A program made the translations under genes and the position numbers. Shown one piece after another: positions 1-10,224 of a DNA stretch of 64,000 bases (within the stretch, counting starts at the first letter, position 1; the number at the start of each line of letters is the position of its first letter). The DNA is from Polyangiaceae bacterium (GTDB lineage: Bacteria; Myxococcota_A; Polyangia; Polyangiales; Polyangiaceae), in the NCBI GenBank assembly GCA_044222475.1, contig JBGANF010000019.1:1-64000 (forward strand). Reading direction: 5' to 3'. The notes beneath the pieces are model-generated. The model saw only the letters and a list, made by a program, of their open reading frames with translations. It made no database searches and was not told where the DNA came from.

Positions 1-105
1 GCCAAAGCGCGCCGCAGGCGGGGGGCGTTCGACACGGTGCTCTCGCAACGCGAGAGACCATCGCGTCGCGCGATGCTCGCGAGGCGCGAGTAGTACACTC
101 CAACC

Positions 106-558
106 ATGCTGCCGAGCCGGGAGGAGATTTTCGAGAAAGCCCGCGCTCTGCCGCCGTCCGTGGCAGCCATCGAAGCGTATTGGGACGGTGATACGACCGG
201 ATGGATTGTGATCCTGTGCGCGCTCATCGAACGCGAAGATGGAACTCATGCCGACCACGAGATCGCATTTCTCCGGGGCGACGGTGGCGACATCCGACTG
301 TTCAACGAAGCCGTCCCGCCGTGGCCAGAAGCTCGGTTGGCAGCAGAAGTCGGCGCTGAAGTCGCCGCTCTTCTGGGCGTTCCGTTTTGGTTTCCGTCGC
401 CCGATCGTCCGGAAGACGACTGTCCGCGCTACTTGGAGCGCGCGCTTGGAGCACCGTGCGCGAAGTGCGGCCTCCTGCTTCTTCAGAAGGACCCATGTCC
501 GTGGAAGGGCGTCTGCTACGAATGCCACTTGGCCAGAGCCAAGTCGACGGAACGTTGA
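106..558 (+). CDS. Hypothetical protein with C-terminal Cys-rich (possible Zn-binding) tail
   Basis: 150-aa ORF with protein-like composition; CAKC and CYEC motifs at the C-terminus; TACACT -10-like box 6 nt before the ATG. Confidence 0.65.
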   Translation: MLPSREEIFEKARALPPSVAAIEAYWDGDTTGWIVILCALIEREDGTHADHEIAFLRGDGGDIRLFNEAVPPWPEARLAAEVGAEVAALLGVPFWFPSPDRPEDDCPRYLERALGAPCAKCGLLLLQKDPCPWKGVCYECHLARAKSTER

Positions 559-676
559 CCCAAACGACCGGGCCTAGCTAGCTAGCGCCGAGCGTGCGCG
601 ACTGCGCCGTGCGTGATCCATTCGAGTCAGCCGCGCGACCTGGCACAACTCCCCTCTCTCTTCTCGGAGTCCGCTG

Positions 677-712
677 CCGAGTCCGAGTCCGAATCCGAAT
701 CCGAGTCCGAGT
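677..712. repeat. Hexamer tandem repeat (CCGA[G/A]T)x6 with degenerate flanks 665-723
   Basis: ccgagt ccgagt ccgaat ccgaat ccgagt ccgagt, just after the stop codon of the 724-2688 gene. Confidence 0.9.
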
Positions 713-723
713 CCGTTTCCGCC

Positions 724-2688
724 TCAGACTCCTTCGTCCAACCGTCGCATCCCCTCGAGCAACAACGCCTCCGGCGAATCGGTGATGACCTTCGCCTGCG
801 GTTTGAATCCGGGATCCAATCCGAACTCGCCGTCGGTCACCTTGAGCATCTGATAAAACGCGTCCGCGCCGCGGATCTGCCCGTAGAGCGCGTTGACGAC
901 CTGCCCGTCCATGAAATGGATCTCGCCCGCGCCCGCCGCGCCGCGGATGCGGAGGTTGCCCGTCTTGCGGCTGTGAAACAAAACCTGAACGAGCTCGGGG
1001 AGCCCCATCTCCTTGAGCGATCCCGACACGCCGCGCGCTCCGGTGTGCGCCGTGCGCTGATCGAGGATGGCCTTCAGCTTCGCGACGAACACGTCGGTCG
1101 GTGCGGGCTTCGCGACGTAGTCGGTCACGCCGAGATCGAACGCCTTCTGCGCTTCGGCACGCCCTTGGCGACGGGTGTGGAACACCCACGGGACGTCCTT
1201 GCCCCACGGGTGCTTCCGCGCTTCGGCGAGCAGCGCGATGCCGTCGCCCTGGGGGAGCTCGACCTCGCTCACGACGACGTCGATCTCGCCGGCGGCGAGC
1301 GTCTTGAGCGCCTGCTCCGCCGAGCGCGCGGTCTTCACCTCGAAGCCCTGCTCGATCATGCGGAGCTCGAGGACCGTCGTCTCCTCCGGATCGGGGTCGA
1401 CGAGCAGCGCGAAGTAGCGGTTGGCGAGGAGACGCGCGCGGAGGTCTTCGCCCATGACCGTGTTCTTGAACAGGTCGACGAGGTGCGGGTCGAAGATGGA
1501 TTCCTTGTACTTTGCAAGGGCCGCGCACGCATCGCCGGGGAGCAGCGTCTTTCGGTACGGGTTGCGCGGGTTCTGGGTGAGGTCCGCGTACGTGTCGGTG
1601 ATCGCGAGGACGCGCGCGCCGAGCGGAATGTCCTTCCCGGTGATGCCGGCGGGAAAGCCCTTGCCGTCGTAGCGCTCGTACATGTTCTCGATCGCCTGCC
1701 GGGTCTCCTGCGGAAGGCTGACGGATTCGACGAGGCGCGTCGGCGTGTTGTAGGCCTTCTGGGCGGCGAGCTTGTGGCCGTCGTACTCGCTGCAGTTGAG
1801 CGCCGTCAGGTGGAACGTGCTCATCTTGCCGACGTCGTGGAGGTACGCGGCTGCCACGATCGCCGACATCGACGCGGGCGAGACGTTGATGCGCTCGAGG
1901 ATGCGGCGCGTGAGCCGTGCGGTCTGCGCCGAGTGGCCGCGGAGATCGGGGCGCGACGTCTCGAGGAGGCTCACGAGGACGTTGAGCAGCTCGAGGAACT
2001 CTTCGCTCGTGAAGCTGACTTTGCCGGCGACGTTGCCGCCGCGCGCGTGCGTCTGAGCGAGATCCTTCTCGGAGACGACGCGCTCGCGGCTGCCCTGCAT
2101 GCTGTCGCGCGCGAGGGCGGTAGCCATGGTCGACTCGGAGACGACGTTGCGCTCGTACACGTCGAGCATCGCCGAGAACTGAGCGTGCGCAGCGCGATCG
2201 AGCAACGCGAAGGCGTGGAGGTCGCCGCCGTAGGCGCGCGCGATCGCCGCGCGTACCGCTGCCGGCCGCGCGACGAAGGCGCGGAGCTCCTTCGCGTTCG
2301 AGCTCGCCTTGATCTCTTTCAAGAGCTCGGCGTCCTCTGGATCGCCGGTGACGATGCTGAGTACGCCGGTCGGCGGGTCGAACAGGACGGGAAACACTTG
2401 GAGCGTCTCGGCGATCTTGCGCGGGATCATCGCGAGCGTCGCTCGCACGATGTCGGCTTTGGCGAGCTTCTCGGTCGAGACGAAGCGCGTTCGGTAGCGC
2501 GTCGCGAGCGCCTTCAGGAGATCGGCTTCGCTGACGAGCCCGAGGTCGACGACCGCGTCCTCGATACGCATCTGATCGGTCTCGGCCTGTTGGATCGCCT
2601 TCTCGTACTGCTCTGGCTTGAGCAGCCCTTCGTCGAGCAGGATCTTCCCGATCTTCTTGTTGCTCGCGGCGAGGTTCGTTAGGCCCAC
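724..2688 (-). CDS. Signalling protein: MshEN/GSPII_N-like + HD-GYP-like + receiver-like + DUF4388
   Basis: N-terminal KKIGKILLDEGLL...RIEDAVVDLGLVSE; LHDVGK...YERYDGKGFP...IPLGARVLAITDTY; REC-like region; C-terminal GSLKEMGLPELVQ...ALLLEGMRRLDE typical of DUF4388. Confidence 0.8.
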   Translation of the reverse strand: MGLTNLAASNKKIGKILLDEGLLKPEQYEKAIQQAETDQMRIEDAVVDLGLVSEADLLKALATRYRTRFVSTEKLAKADIVRATLAMIPRKIAETLQVFPVLFDPPTGVLSIVTGDPEDAELLKEIKASSNAKELRAFVARPAAVRAAIARAYGGDLHAFALLDRAAHAQFSAMLDVYERNVVSESTMATALARDSMQGSRERVVSEKDLAQTHARGGNVAGKVSFTSEEFLELLNVLVSLLETSRPDLRGHSAQTARLTRRILERINVSPASMSAIVAAAYLHDVGKMSTFHLTALNCSEYDGHKLAAQKAYNTPTRLVESVSLPQETRQAIENMYERYDGKGFPAGITGKDIPLGARVLAITDTYADLTQNPRNPYRKTLLPGDACAALAKYKESIFDPHLVDLFKNTVMGEDLRARLLANRYFALLVDPDPEETTVLELRMIEQGFEVKTARSAEQALKTLAAGEIDVVVSEVELPQGDGIALLAEARKHPWGKDVPWVFHTRRQGRAEAQKAFDLGVTDYVAKPAPTDVFVAKLKAILDQRTAHTGARGVSGSLKEMGLPELVQVLFHSRKTGNLRIRGAAGAGEIHFMDGQVVNALYGQIRGADAFYQMLKVTDGEFGLDPGFKPQAKVITDSPEALLLEGMRRLDEGV

Positions 2689-2754
2689 TCAGGTCGTTCC
2701 TTTCACGGACTCAACCAGCAAAGATACCGCGAACCGCCGGCAAATGCAGCCGGG

Positions 2755-3381
<627 letters not shown>

Positions 3382-3390
3382 GGGCTCCGA

Positions 3391-4482
3391 CTACCACAGC
3401 GTCGCGGCGGCGTCGCCGGCGCCAGCGCCGAGCTTCGCGCGCAGCGCGGCGAGGCGATCGTCGTCGACGTTGCCGCCGGTGACGAGGACGACGACGTCGT
3501 CTTCGGCGTCCTTTGGCGGGTGCAGCTGCGGCGGGAGCTCGTCGAGGAGCGGGGCGAGCGCGGCCGCGCCGCTGCCTTCGACCGGGTGACCCCACGCGGC
3601 GTGGATCCCGAGCATCGCGCGCGCGATCGCGTCCTCGGTCACGACGAGGATGGCGTTCAACGCCGCGCGGGTTCGCTCGAAGGCGGCCTGCGAGATCCCT
3701 CCCTCGAGGCCCTCGGCGAGGGTCGGGACGTCGAGCTCGAGCGTCTCGACCGCGCGACCCGACTCGATCGACATCGCGAAGGCAGGGCTCGCCTCGCTCT
3801 GGACCCCGAACACGCGCACGTCGGCGCGGCCCATCTTCAGCGCGGTCGCGACTCCGGTGGCGAGACCGCCGCCGCCGACGGGGACGAAGACGCGCCCGGG
3901 GACGTGGCCGAGCTCCGAGGCGATCTCGAACCCCAGCGAGGCCCCGTTCCCGGCGACGACCGCTGGGTCGTCGTAGGGCGAGACGAACGGGAGATTCGAG
4001 GCGCGGGCGAACTCCCGCGCCTCGCGCTCCGCGGCGTCGTAGTGCGCCGACTTCGCGAGGACCATCGTGGCTCCTTGCTCGATGCGCTTGCGCTTCTTCT
4101 CCGGCGTGCTCGACGGGACGAACACGATCGCCTCCATGCCGAGGACTCGCGCGGCGTGCGCCACACCCGCGCCGTGGTTTCCCGCGCTCGCGGCGACGAC
4201 GCGAGCGACCCCTCGTCGGCGAAGCTCGTCCAGGGCGAGGAGCGCACCGCGCACCTTGAAGCTGCCCGTCGTCTGCAGCGCCTCGAGCGCGAGCCACACG
4301 CGACCGCGGGCGCGGGCGTCGAGCTTCTGCGCGCGAACCAGGGAGACGCGGCGCAAGCCAGCGTCCGGAAACTCGGTCGCGAGGTTGCGAGCACGCTCGA
4401 ACAGGCGTGCGTCCGGCTCGACCGATCGAGCGTCGGAGCCAGCGATGAGGTGGACCGCGCTCACCGCGCGAGTGCCGGTCAC
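3391..4482 (-). CDS. PLP-dependent threonine/serine dehydratase family protein
   Basis: LQTTGSFKVRGA (PLP Lys), ASAGNHG, PVGGGGL, VTGGN motifs. Confidence 0.88.
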   Translation of the reverse strand: MTGTRAVSAVHLIAGSDARSVEPDARLFERARNLATEFPDAGLRRVSLVRAQKLDARARGRVWLALEALQTTGSFKVRGALLALDELRRRGVARVVAASAGNHGAGVAHAARVLGMEAIVFVPSSTPEKKRKRIEQGATMVLAKSAHYDAAEREAREFARASNLPFVSPYDDPAVVAGNGASLGFEIASELGHVPGRVFVPVGGGGLATGVATALKMGRADVRVFGVQSEASPAFAMSIESGRAVETLELDVPTLAEGLEGGISQAAFERTRAALNAILVVTEDAIARAMLGIHAAWGHPVEGSGAAALAPLLDELPPQLHPPKDAEDDVVVLVTGGNVDDDRLAALRAKLGAGAGDAAATLW

Positions 4483-5321
4483 TTGGCCGCGAGCAACCAG
4501 GCGAGCGGACGCTTGTAGTTCGTCACCATGCGGTCGGGAGGCACCTCGTGCCCCATGCCGGGTGCGATCTTGAGCTTGTAGGTGATCTTCTCGCCCTTGA
4601 GGATGTCACCCACGCGCTGCGTGTTGGGTGCGACCTCGTCGGTCTCGCCGGTGAACAGGTAGACGCGCTTGATCTTCGGCTTGTTGTCGTGGAGGACCTG
4701 CTTTGCGTCACCCCACCAGTACTGGTCGTTCGCGGCGAGGATGAGCCAGCGGTTCCAGGTCACCGGATCGCGGAGAGCGACCTGCATCGCGACGAACGCG
4801 CCCTCGCTGAAGCCGATCATCACGTTGCCGCGCAACTGCACCTTGCGGTTGTACTTTGCACGGAGTGCGTCGACGACGGCCTTGGCGATCTGACCGCCGG
4901 CCACCGCGCTGTTGTTCCAACCGCGCGCGCCGCCGCCGCGATCTTCCGGGCCCTGCGGGCACACGACCCAACCGAACTGCGTCCCGACGCGAGCCCACTT
5001 GCGGCAGTCCTCCATGACGTTCGCACCGCGACCGTGGAGGTACATGATGACGGGCTTGATGCCCTTGCCCGCGCGCGGCTTGTAATAGAACGCGTCGGGC
5101 GCGCCCGGCACGGTGAGACGGAGCGGATCGGCGATCGGCGCAGCCGCTTTGGCAGACGCAACCCGCGACGCGGTGAAGACGAGAGCGGCGAACGCGAAGG
5201 CCACGAGAAGGCGGGTGAACTTGGCGTGCCAACTCCGAAGCGGCGAAGCCGCGAAGGAGGTGGCACCAAGCCTCGAGCGACCGAGGCCGAAGGCCGAGGG
5301 AGAACGGAACAGCAGGCGCAC
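4479..5321 (-). CDS. Exported alpha/beta hydrolase (esterase/phospholipase-like)
   Basis: YLHGRG, GFSEG nucleophile elbow, GETD and GMGHE; signal/TM segment. GTG at 5321 chosen because TATGCT lies 6 nt upstream. Confidence 0.75.
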   Translation of the reverse strand: MRLLFRSPSAFGLGRSRLGATSFAASPLRSWHAKFTRLLVAFAFAALVFTASRVASAKAAAPIADPLRLTVPGAPDAFYYKPRAGKGIKPVIMYLHGRGANVMEDCRKWARVGTQFGWVVCPQGPEDRGGGARGWNNSAVAGGQIAKAVVDALRAKYNRKVQLRGNVMIGFSEGAFVAMQVALRDPVTWNRWLILAANDQYWWGDAKQVLHDNKPKIKRVYLFTGETDEVAPNTQRVGDILKGEKITYKLKIAPGMGHEVPPDRMVTNYKRPLAWLLAAK

Positions 5322-5382
5322 GCGGCGAGCATACTCAGGGACTTCCAGAAGGCAACGTCGTGGCGTAGATATTGAGCCCCAC

Positions 5383-6315
5383 TTGCCTACCACCTTCACC
5401 TACGCAACCCGGAAGAGCGCCCTCGCGCTGGCCCAGTGCCGCGCCTTCGTCGAGGCCCTGCGGAAGGCTTCCCCGGCTGGGACCGACTTCGCCGAGAAGC
5501 TGGTCGTGACCAGCGGAGACCGGATCCAGGACCGCCCCTTGTCCGAGGTCGGCGGCAAGGGGCTGTTCGTGAAGGAGATCGAGGAGTCGCTGCTCGATCT
5601 CAGCGCCGACTTCGCCGTCCACTCGATGAAGGACGTCCCGGCGATCTGCCCGGACGGGCTCGAGATCGTGTGCGTTCCCCCGCGCGAGGATCCACGCGAC
5701 GTACTCGTCGCGCCGAAGCACGGGACGCTCGCCGCGCTCCCGCAGGGCGCGCGCGTGGGCACGAGCAGCCTTCGCCGCGCGGTGGCGCTGCGCGCGGTGC
5801 GGCCCGACCTCGTGATCGTGCCGCTGCGCGGCAACGTCGACACACGGCTCCGCAAAGTCGAAGCCGGTGAGGCCGACGCGATCGTCCTCGCGCGCGCGGG
5901 GCTCGTTCGGCTCGGTCTCGAGGCGCGCGCCACCGAGGTCCTGTCGGCGGACCTCTCGCTGCCGGCCGTCGGCCAAGGCGCGCTCGGCATCGAGGCCCGC
6001 GGCGGCGACGAGCGCGTGCGTGCGCTCCTCGCGCCGCTCCATCACTCGCCGACCGCGACGGCGGTCGCTGCGGAGCGCGGCGTGATGAAGGCGCTCGAAG
6101 GCGACTGCAAGACGCCGCTCGCGGCGTACGCGATCGCCGTGAACGAGAAGCTCTGGCTGCGCGCGTTCGTCGCCGAGCCCGACGGGACGAAGTTCCGCCG
6201 CGACGAGGTCACCGTGGCGTGGCCGAAGACCGAACCCGAGGCCGAAGCCATCGGGCTCGAGCTCGGGCGAGCGCTCCGCACCCCTTCGGGTACGTCGAAG
6301 CGCCACACGAAGTGA
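5383..6315 (+). CDS. hemC: Hydroxymethylbilane synthase (porphobilinogen deaminase)
   Basis: ATRKSALALAQ, GGKGLFVKEIE, AVHSMKD, GTSSLRR, LRGNVDTRL, PAVGQGAL; TTG start inferred. Confidence 0.95.
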   Translation: MPTTFTYATRKSALALAQCRAFVEALRKASPAGTDFAEKLVVTSGDRIQDRPLSEVGGKGLFVKEIEESLLDLSADFAVHSMKDVPAICPDGLEIVCVPPREDPRDVLVAPKHGTLAALPQGARVGTSSLRRAVALRAVRPDLVIVPLRGNVDTRLRKVEAGEADAIVLARAGLVRLGLEARATEVLSADLSLPAVGQGALGIEARGGDERVRALLAPLHHSPTATAVAAERGVMKALEGDCKTPLAAYAIAVNEKLWLRAFVAEPDGTKFRRDEVTVAWPKTEPEAEAIGLELGRALRTPSGTSKRHTK

Positions 6316-6442
6316 TCGTCCACGGGTCGCCCGTGGATCGCCGCCGCGCCAAGGGCCCGGACGCTCGCGGGGGAGCGCGAACGAAGGCCAACGTTCTCGA
6401 CCACTTGCGATCCCCTCGCAGCGCGTCGCGACGTCCGTGCGT

Positions 6443-6458
6443 TGGCACGCGCCGCGCA
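6443..6458 (+). promoter_or_regulatory. Putative sigma54 -24/-12 promoter
   Basis: TGGCACGCGCCGCGCA (GG-N10-GC), about 12 nt before ATG 6470. Confidence 0.45.
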
Positions 6459-6469
6459 ACGGCAGGGGC

Positions 6470-7399
6470 ATGCGCCGCTTCGTCACCCTGATCCCGATCC
6501 TCGCGTTCGCCTTCGGTTGCTCGTCGGTGCCGCCGGACGACGACCTGCTCGACGACGACCCCGCGAGCGTGCCGACGGCGAGCTACGACGTCGACGCGAT
6601 CCCGGTGAGCATCCCCGAAGGCGCTGCGATCTTCCGCGGCGACGTCGGCGTGATGGTGCCCGCCGCCGGCGTGACGGCAGGGGTCGTCCTCGAGTCCGTC
6701 GACGGAACGTCGACGAGCCTCGCGATCACGCGCATGCCCGACGGTTCGATCGGCATAGGCGACGGCACCGGACCGCTCGTCGTCGAGTCGGGCACGAACG
6801 AGTGCAAGGACGGCGCGTACTCGCTCGAAGGCTTTCGCTGGGCGAAGTCGTACGCGTGGTCGTTCCGGTCGTCGACGACGCCGGCCGCCAACGGCGTCGC
6901 GAGCGTCGAAGACGCGCTGAAGCGCGCCGCGACGAACATCACCGGGATGCACAACAAGTGCTCCATCGCCGACGCGGTGAGCGCGACGCACGCGTACCAA
7001 GGCCGAACGACGAAGGCGACCAACATCGCGTCGACGACGACGACGGTGAGCTGCGGCAAGCCCGACGGTACGAACGTGGTCGCGTTCGGCGTCCTCCCGA
7101 TCAAGTACCTCGGGATCACCTGCTACTGGTACGACGGCAACAAGCACGCGGTCGAGGCGGACGTGAAGCTCTCGACGCGCCACGCGTGGTTCGCGACGGC
7201 GCAGGTACCTGCAGGATGCAACAATCGCTTCGGCGTCGAGGCGACGATGACCCACGAGTTCGGGCATGCGTTCGGGCTCGGCCACGTCTCGGAGACGACC
7301 CACGGCGAGCTCACCATGTCGACGGCGATGCCGCCGTGCACGCTGTCTCCGACGTCGCTGGGGCTCGGCGACGTGAAGGGGCTGAAGTCGCTGTACTGA
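6470..7399 (+). CDS. Matrixin/metzincin-family zinc metalloprotease lipoprotein
   Basis: Lipoprotein signal MRRFVTLIPILAFAFGC; HEFGHAFGLGH zinc motif and ELTM Met-turn. Confidence 0.85.
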   Translation: MRRFVTLIPILAFAFGCSSVPPDDDLLDDDPASVPTASYDVDAIPVSIPEGAAIFRGDVGVMVPAAGVTAGVVLESVDGTSTSLAITRMPDGSIGIGDGTGPLVVESGTNECKDGAYSLEGFRWAKSYAWSFRSSTTPAANGVASVEDALKRAATNITGMHNKCSIADAVSATHAYQGRTTKATNIASTTTTVSCGKPDGTNVVAFGVLPIKYLGITCYWYDGNKHAVEADVKLSTRHAWFATAQVPAGCNNRFGVEATMTHEFGHAFGLGHVSETTHGELTMSTAMPPCTLSPTSLGLGDVKGLKSLY

Positions 7400-7422
7400 C
7401 CCTGGGGAAGGCGGCTCGCGCC

Positions 7423-7461
7423 GCCTCCCCTCCACGCGGTCCCTCCGCTACGCGTCGGGAT
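7423..7461. repeat. Dispersed intergenic REP-like repeat, copy 1
   Basis: gcctcccctccacgcggtccctccgctacgcgtcgggat; 37/39 identical to 36238-36276. Confidence 0.8.
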
Positions 7462-7500
7462 TGCCATCAAGAAACGCGCTCGTTGGTCTAGTGTGTCCGA

Positions 7501-8946
7501 GTGCACGTTCATCTCATCGGCGTCTCGGGTACCGGCATGGGCGCGCTGGCGATGCTGTTTCGCGAGCGGGGGGCGCGCGTCACCGGGTCCGACGTCGCCT
7601 TCGATCCTCCCATCGGCCCGGCCCTCGAAGAAGCAGGCATCGAGTGCTTGCGCGGCTACGACGCGAGGCACGTTTCGGCGTCGGCGCGGCCCGACTTGGT
7701 CGTCGTCGGCAACGCGATTCGCCGCGACAACGCCGAGGCGGTAGCGGCCGAAGCAGCCGGTCTGCGTCGCGTCTCGATGTCGGGCGCGCTGCGCGAGGAG
7801 TTCCTCCGCGGCAGGCGCGCGGTCGTCGTCGCGGGCACCCACGGCAAGACGACGACGACGAGCATCGCCGCGTGGGTGCTCCAGAGCGCCGGCAAGGATC
7901 CCGGCTACTTCATCGGCGGGATCCCGCAGAACTTCCCCCGCGGCGCGGCCATCGGCCGCGCGCAGAAGAGCCTCACCAGCGGCGTCGCTCCGTTCGTCGT
8001 CGAGGGCGACGAGTACGACGCGGTCTACTGGCACAAGCAACCGAAGTTCTACGACTACATCGGCGTGAGCGACGAGGACCTCGTGATCCTCACGAGCGTC
8101 GAGCACGATCACATCGACATCTACCCCGACGAAGCCGCGTACGACTCGGTCTTCGCCGAGCTACTTCGCCGTGTTCCCAAATTGGGACGAGTCTTCGCCG
8201 ACGCGTCTCAGCGACGCGTGCGCGAGCTCGTCGCCGAGACCGGCGCGCCGCGGAGCTTCTACGCGCTTCAAGGCGACGACACCGGCAAGGAGACGCCGGA
8301 GTGGCTCGCCGCGGTCGGTCCCATCGACGACCAGGGCAACCAGACGTTCGACGTCTACGTCGGCGGGTCGTCCCTCGGCCGGTTCTCGATCCGGCTGCCG
8401 GGCGCACACAACGTGAAGAACGCCCTCGCGTGCATCGCGCTCGCGGCCGAAGGCTTCGCGGTCCCGACCGCGACGATCCGCGGCGCGCTCGCGTCGTTCG
8501 CCGGCGTGCGGCGACGGCAAGAGCTCCGCGGCACGCCCGGCGGCGTGCTCGTCTACGACGACTTTGCCCATCACCCGACCGCCGTCGACGAGACGCTGCG
8601 CGCGCTCCGCCGAAAGCACCCGCGAGGGAAGCTCTTCGCCGTGTTCGAGCCGCGAAGTGCGACAGCTTGTCGCAGCTTGCACCAAGCGGCCTACGTGCCC
8701 GCGTTCGCGTGCGCCGATCGTGTTCTCTTCGCGCCGCTCGGACGAACGAACGTGCCCGAGAGCGAGCGGCTCGACGTCGCGCGGCTCGCGCGCGAGATCG
8801 GCGAGAAGGCGACGGCGACGGGCGGGGTCGACGAGATCGTCAGCCGGCTAGCGGACGAGGTGAAGGCGGGCGACATCGTCGCGGTGCTCTCCAACGGAGC
8901 CTTCGGCGGCATCCACGAGAAGCTGCTCGGCGCCCTGGGGCGGTGA
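7501..8946 (+). CDS. mpl: Mur ligase, murein peptide ligase (Mpl)-like
   Basis: GVSGTGMGALA, AGTHGKTTT, EGDEY, DDFAHHPTA, FEPRSAT, SNGAFGGIH (the latter motifs favour Mpl over MurC). Confidence 0.8.
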   Translation: MHVHLIGVSGTGMGALAMLFRERGARVTGSDVAFDPPIGPALEEAGIECLRGYDARHVSASARPDLVVVGNAIRRDNAEAVAAEAAGLRRVSMSGALREEFLRGRRAVVVAGTHGKTTTTSIAAWVLQSAGKDPGYFIGGIPQNFPRGAAIGRAQKSLTSGVAPFVVEGDEYDAVYWHKQPKFYDYIGVSDEDLVILTSVEHDHIDIYPDEAAYDSVFAELLRRVPKLGRVFADASQRRVRELVAETGAPRSFYALQGDDTGKETPEWLAAVGPIDDQGNQTFDVYVGGSSLGRFSIRLPGAHNVKNALACIALAAEGFAVPTATIRGALASFAGVRRRQELRGTPGGVLVYDDFAHHPTAVDETLRALRRKHPRGKLFAVFEPRSATACRSLHQAAYVPAFACADRVLFAPLGRTNVPESERLDVARLAREIGEKATATGGVDEIVSRLADEVKAGDIVAVLSNGAFGGIHEKLLGALGR

Positions 8947-9122
8947 CGAACGAGCACGGTCCATCCGAGCAGGTGCGGCAAAACCCACGAATCGTTGAAT
9001 AAACCGCCGCGACGTCCGTCCGCCGAGCATGGGGTTAGAGGGTCGTAAACGCCCGTCGGAACAGGTAGAATCCCAGTGTTTACACCCCGAGCTGGGGGCC
9101 GCGAAATCATGGCATTTCCGGC

Positions 9123-9138
9123 TGGCACCCCCCTTGCT
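9123..9138 (+). promoter_or_regulatory. Sigma54 -24/-12 promoter
   Basis: TGGCAC-CCCCC-TTGCT matches TGGCAC-N5-TTGCW; followed by AAGGAG RBS and ATG 9169. Confidence 0.7.
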
Positions 9139-9168
9139 CTGTTTCACCCTCACGAAGGAGCTCGGTCG

Positions 9169-9753
9169 ATGCGAAATCTGAACGTTCTGGTGTTGGCTCT
9201 CGTCGCTGCTCCCCTCCTCGGAGGGTGCTACGCGCGAGTGCGCGGTAGCGGATACGTGTACACGCCGGCGCCGCGCGTCTACGTGGCTCCGCAACCCGCG
9301 TACGTCGCCCCGCCTGCCTACGTCGCACCCGCGCCGCCTCCTGCGCAGGTGGTCTACGACGAAGACTACGGGTACGTGACCCCGCCGCCGAGCGTCGAGT
9401 CGTACCCCTACGTCGTCTACAACGGCCAGCCGACGTACTACGTGCAGGGTCGCTGGTATCGCCGCCACTCGAGCGGCGGCTGGGTCGTCTACAACCGCGA
9501 GCCGGGCTACCTCGCGACCGAGCGCGGCCGCCGCGGCTGGACCGTCACGGTCGGCCCGACCTACGGCTCGGGCTATGCGCCCCCGCCGGTGTACGCGCCC
9601 CCCGCGCAGCCTGCGTACCGGCCCGGCTACACGACCACCACGACCGTCACGACCGCTCCGCCGGCCTATGGTGGCGGCGCGACGTTCGGCGGGGGCGGCA
9701 GCAGCGCACCGCCCGCGGTGCGCGCGACCACCTCTGCGCCGCCCGCTCACTGA
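9169..9753 (+). CDS. Pro/Tyr-rich lipoprotein of unknown function
   Basis: MRNLNVLVLALVAAPLLGGC lipobox; YVAP repeats. Confidence 0.7.
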   Translation: MRNLNVLVLALVAAPLLGGCYARVRGSGYVYTPAPRVYVAPQPAYVAPPAYVAPAPPPAQVVYDEDYGYVTPPPSVESYPYVVYNGQPTYYVQGRWYRRHSSGGWVVYNREPGYLATERGRRGWTVTVGPTYGSGYAPPPVYAPPAQPAYRPGYTTTTTVTTAPPAYGGGATFGGGGSSAPPAVRATTSAPPAH

Positions 9754-9822
9754 TTTCGCTGGCTCGCTAGCCGGCTGACAAGTTTCGCAACGCTCGGGAC
9801 CAAACCACCTTCTGGAGAATTC

Positions 9823-10218
9823 ATGAACCGCTTCCACCTTCTCGCTCTTTCGTCGGCCGTCGCTCTCGCGAGCTCGGCCTGCATCGTCCAAACGACCACG
9901 AACCAGAGCCCGGGCACCTTCGAGCTCGACTGGACGATCAACGGCGGCACGAGCCCGAGCCTCTGCACGCAGAGCGCTTCGGCGAACATCAGCCTCACGC
10001 TGTCGCGCGGCGGAAGCAACGTCGGCACGTACACCTCGGCCTGCGCCAACTTCGCGACCTACGTCGACGGCCTGCAGCCGGGCACGTACACGTGGAGCGC
10101 GAAGCTCGTGGACGCCGGTGGTACGGCCCGCACCACGACGGCTTCGAACACCGTCACCATCTACGCGAACCAGCGCGAGATCGTTCCGGTCGACTTCCCG
10201 CCGTCGTCGTTCTTCTGA
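9823..10218 (+). CDS. Small beta-rich lipoprotein
   Basis: MNRFHLLALSSAVALASSAC lipobox; GGAG RBS; GLQPGTY motif of Ig-like folds. Confidence 0.75.
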   Translation: MNRFHLLALSSAVALASSACIVQTTTNQSPGTFELDWTINGGTSPSLCTQSASANISLTLSRGGSNVGTYTSACANFATYVDGLQPGTYTWSAKLVDAGGTARTTTASNTVTIYANQREIVPVDFPPSSFF

Positions 10219-10224
10219 GAGCGA

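Noticed and set aside
613..2682. 689-aa + strand ORF and similar long antisense ORFs (2791-4518, 16849-19632, 41111-43591, 62557-63975)
   Set aside because: Antisense shadows of well-supported genes, caused by the scarcity of stop codons in high-GC DNA; no recognisable motifs.
7404..7430. Intrinsic terminator after the matrixin gene
   Set aside because: A GC hairpin is present but has no U-tract, so it is not called as a terminator.
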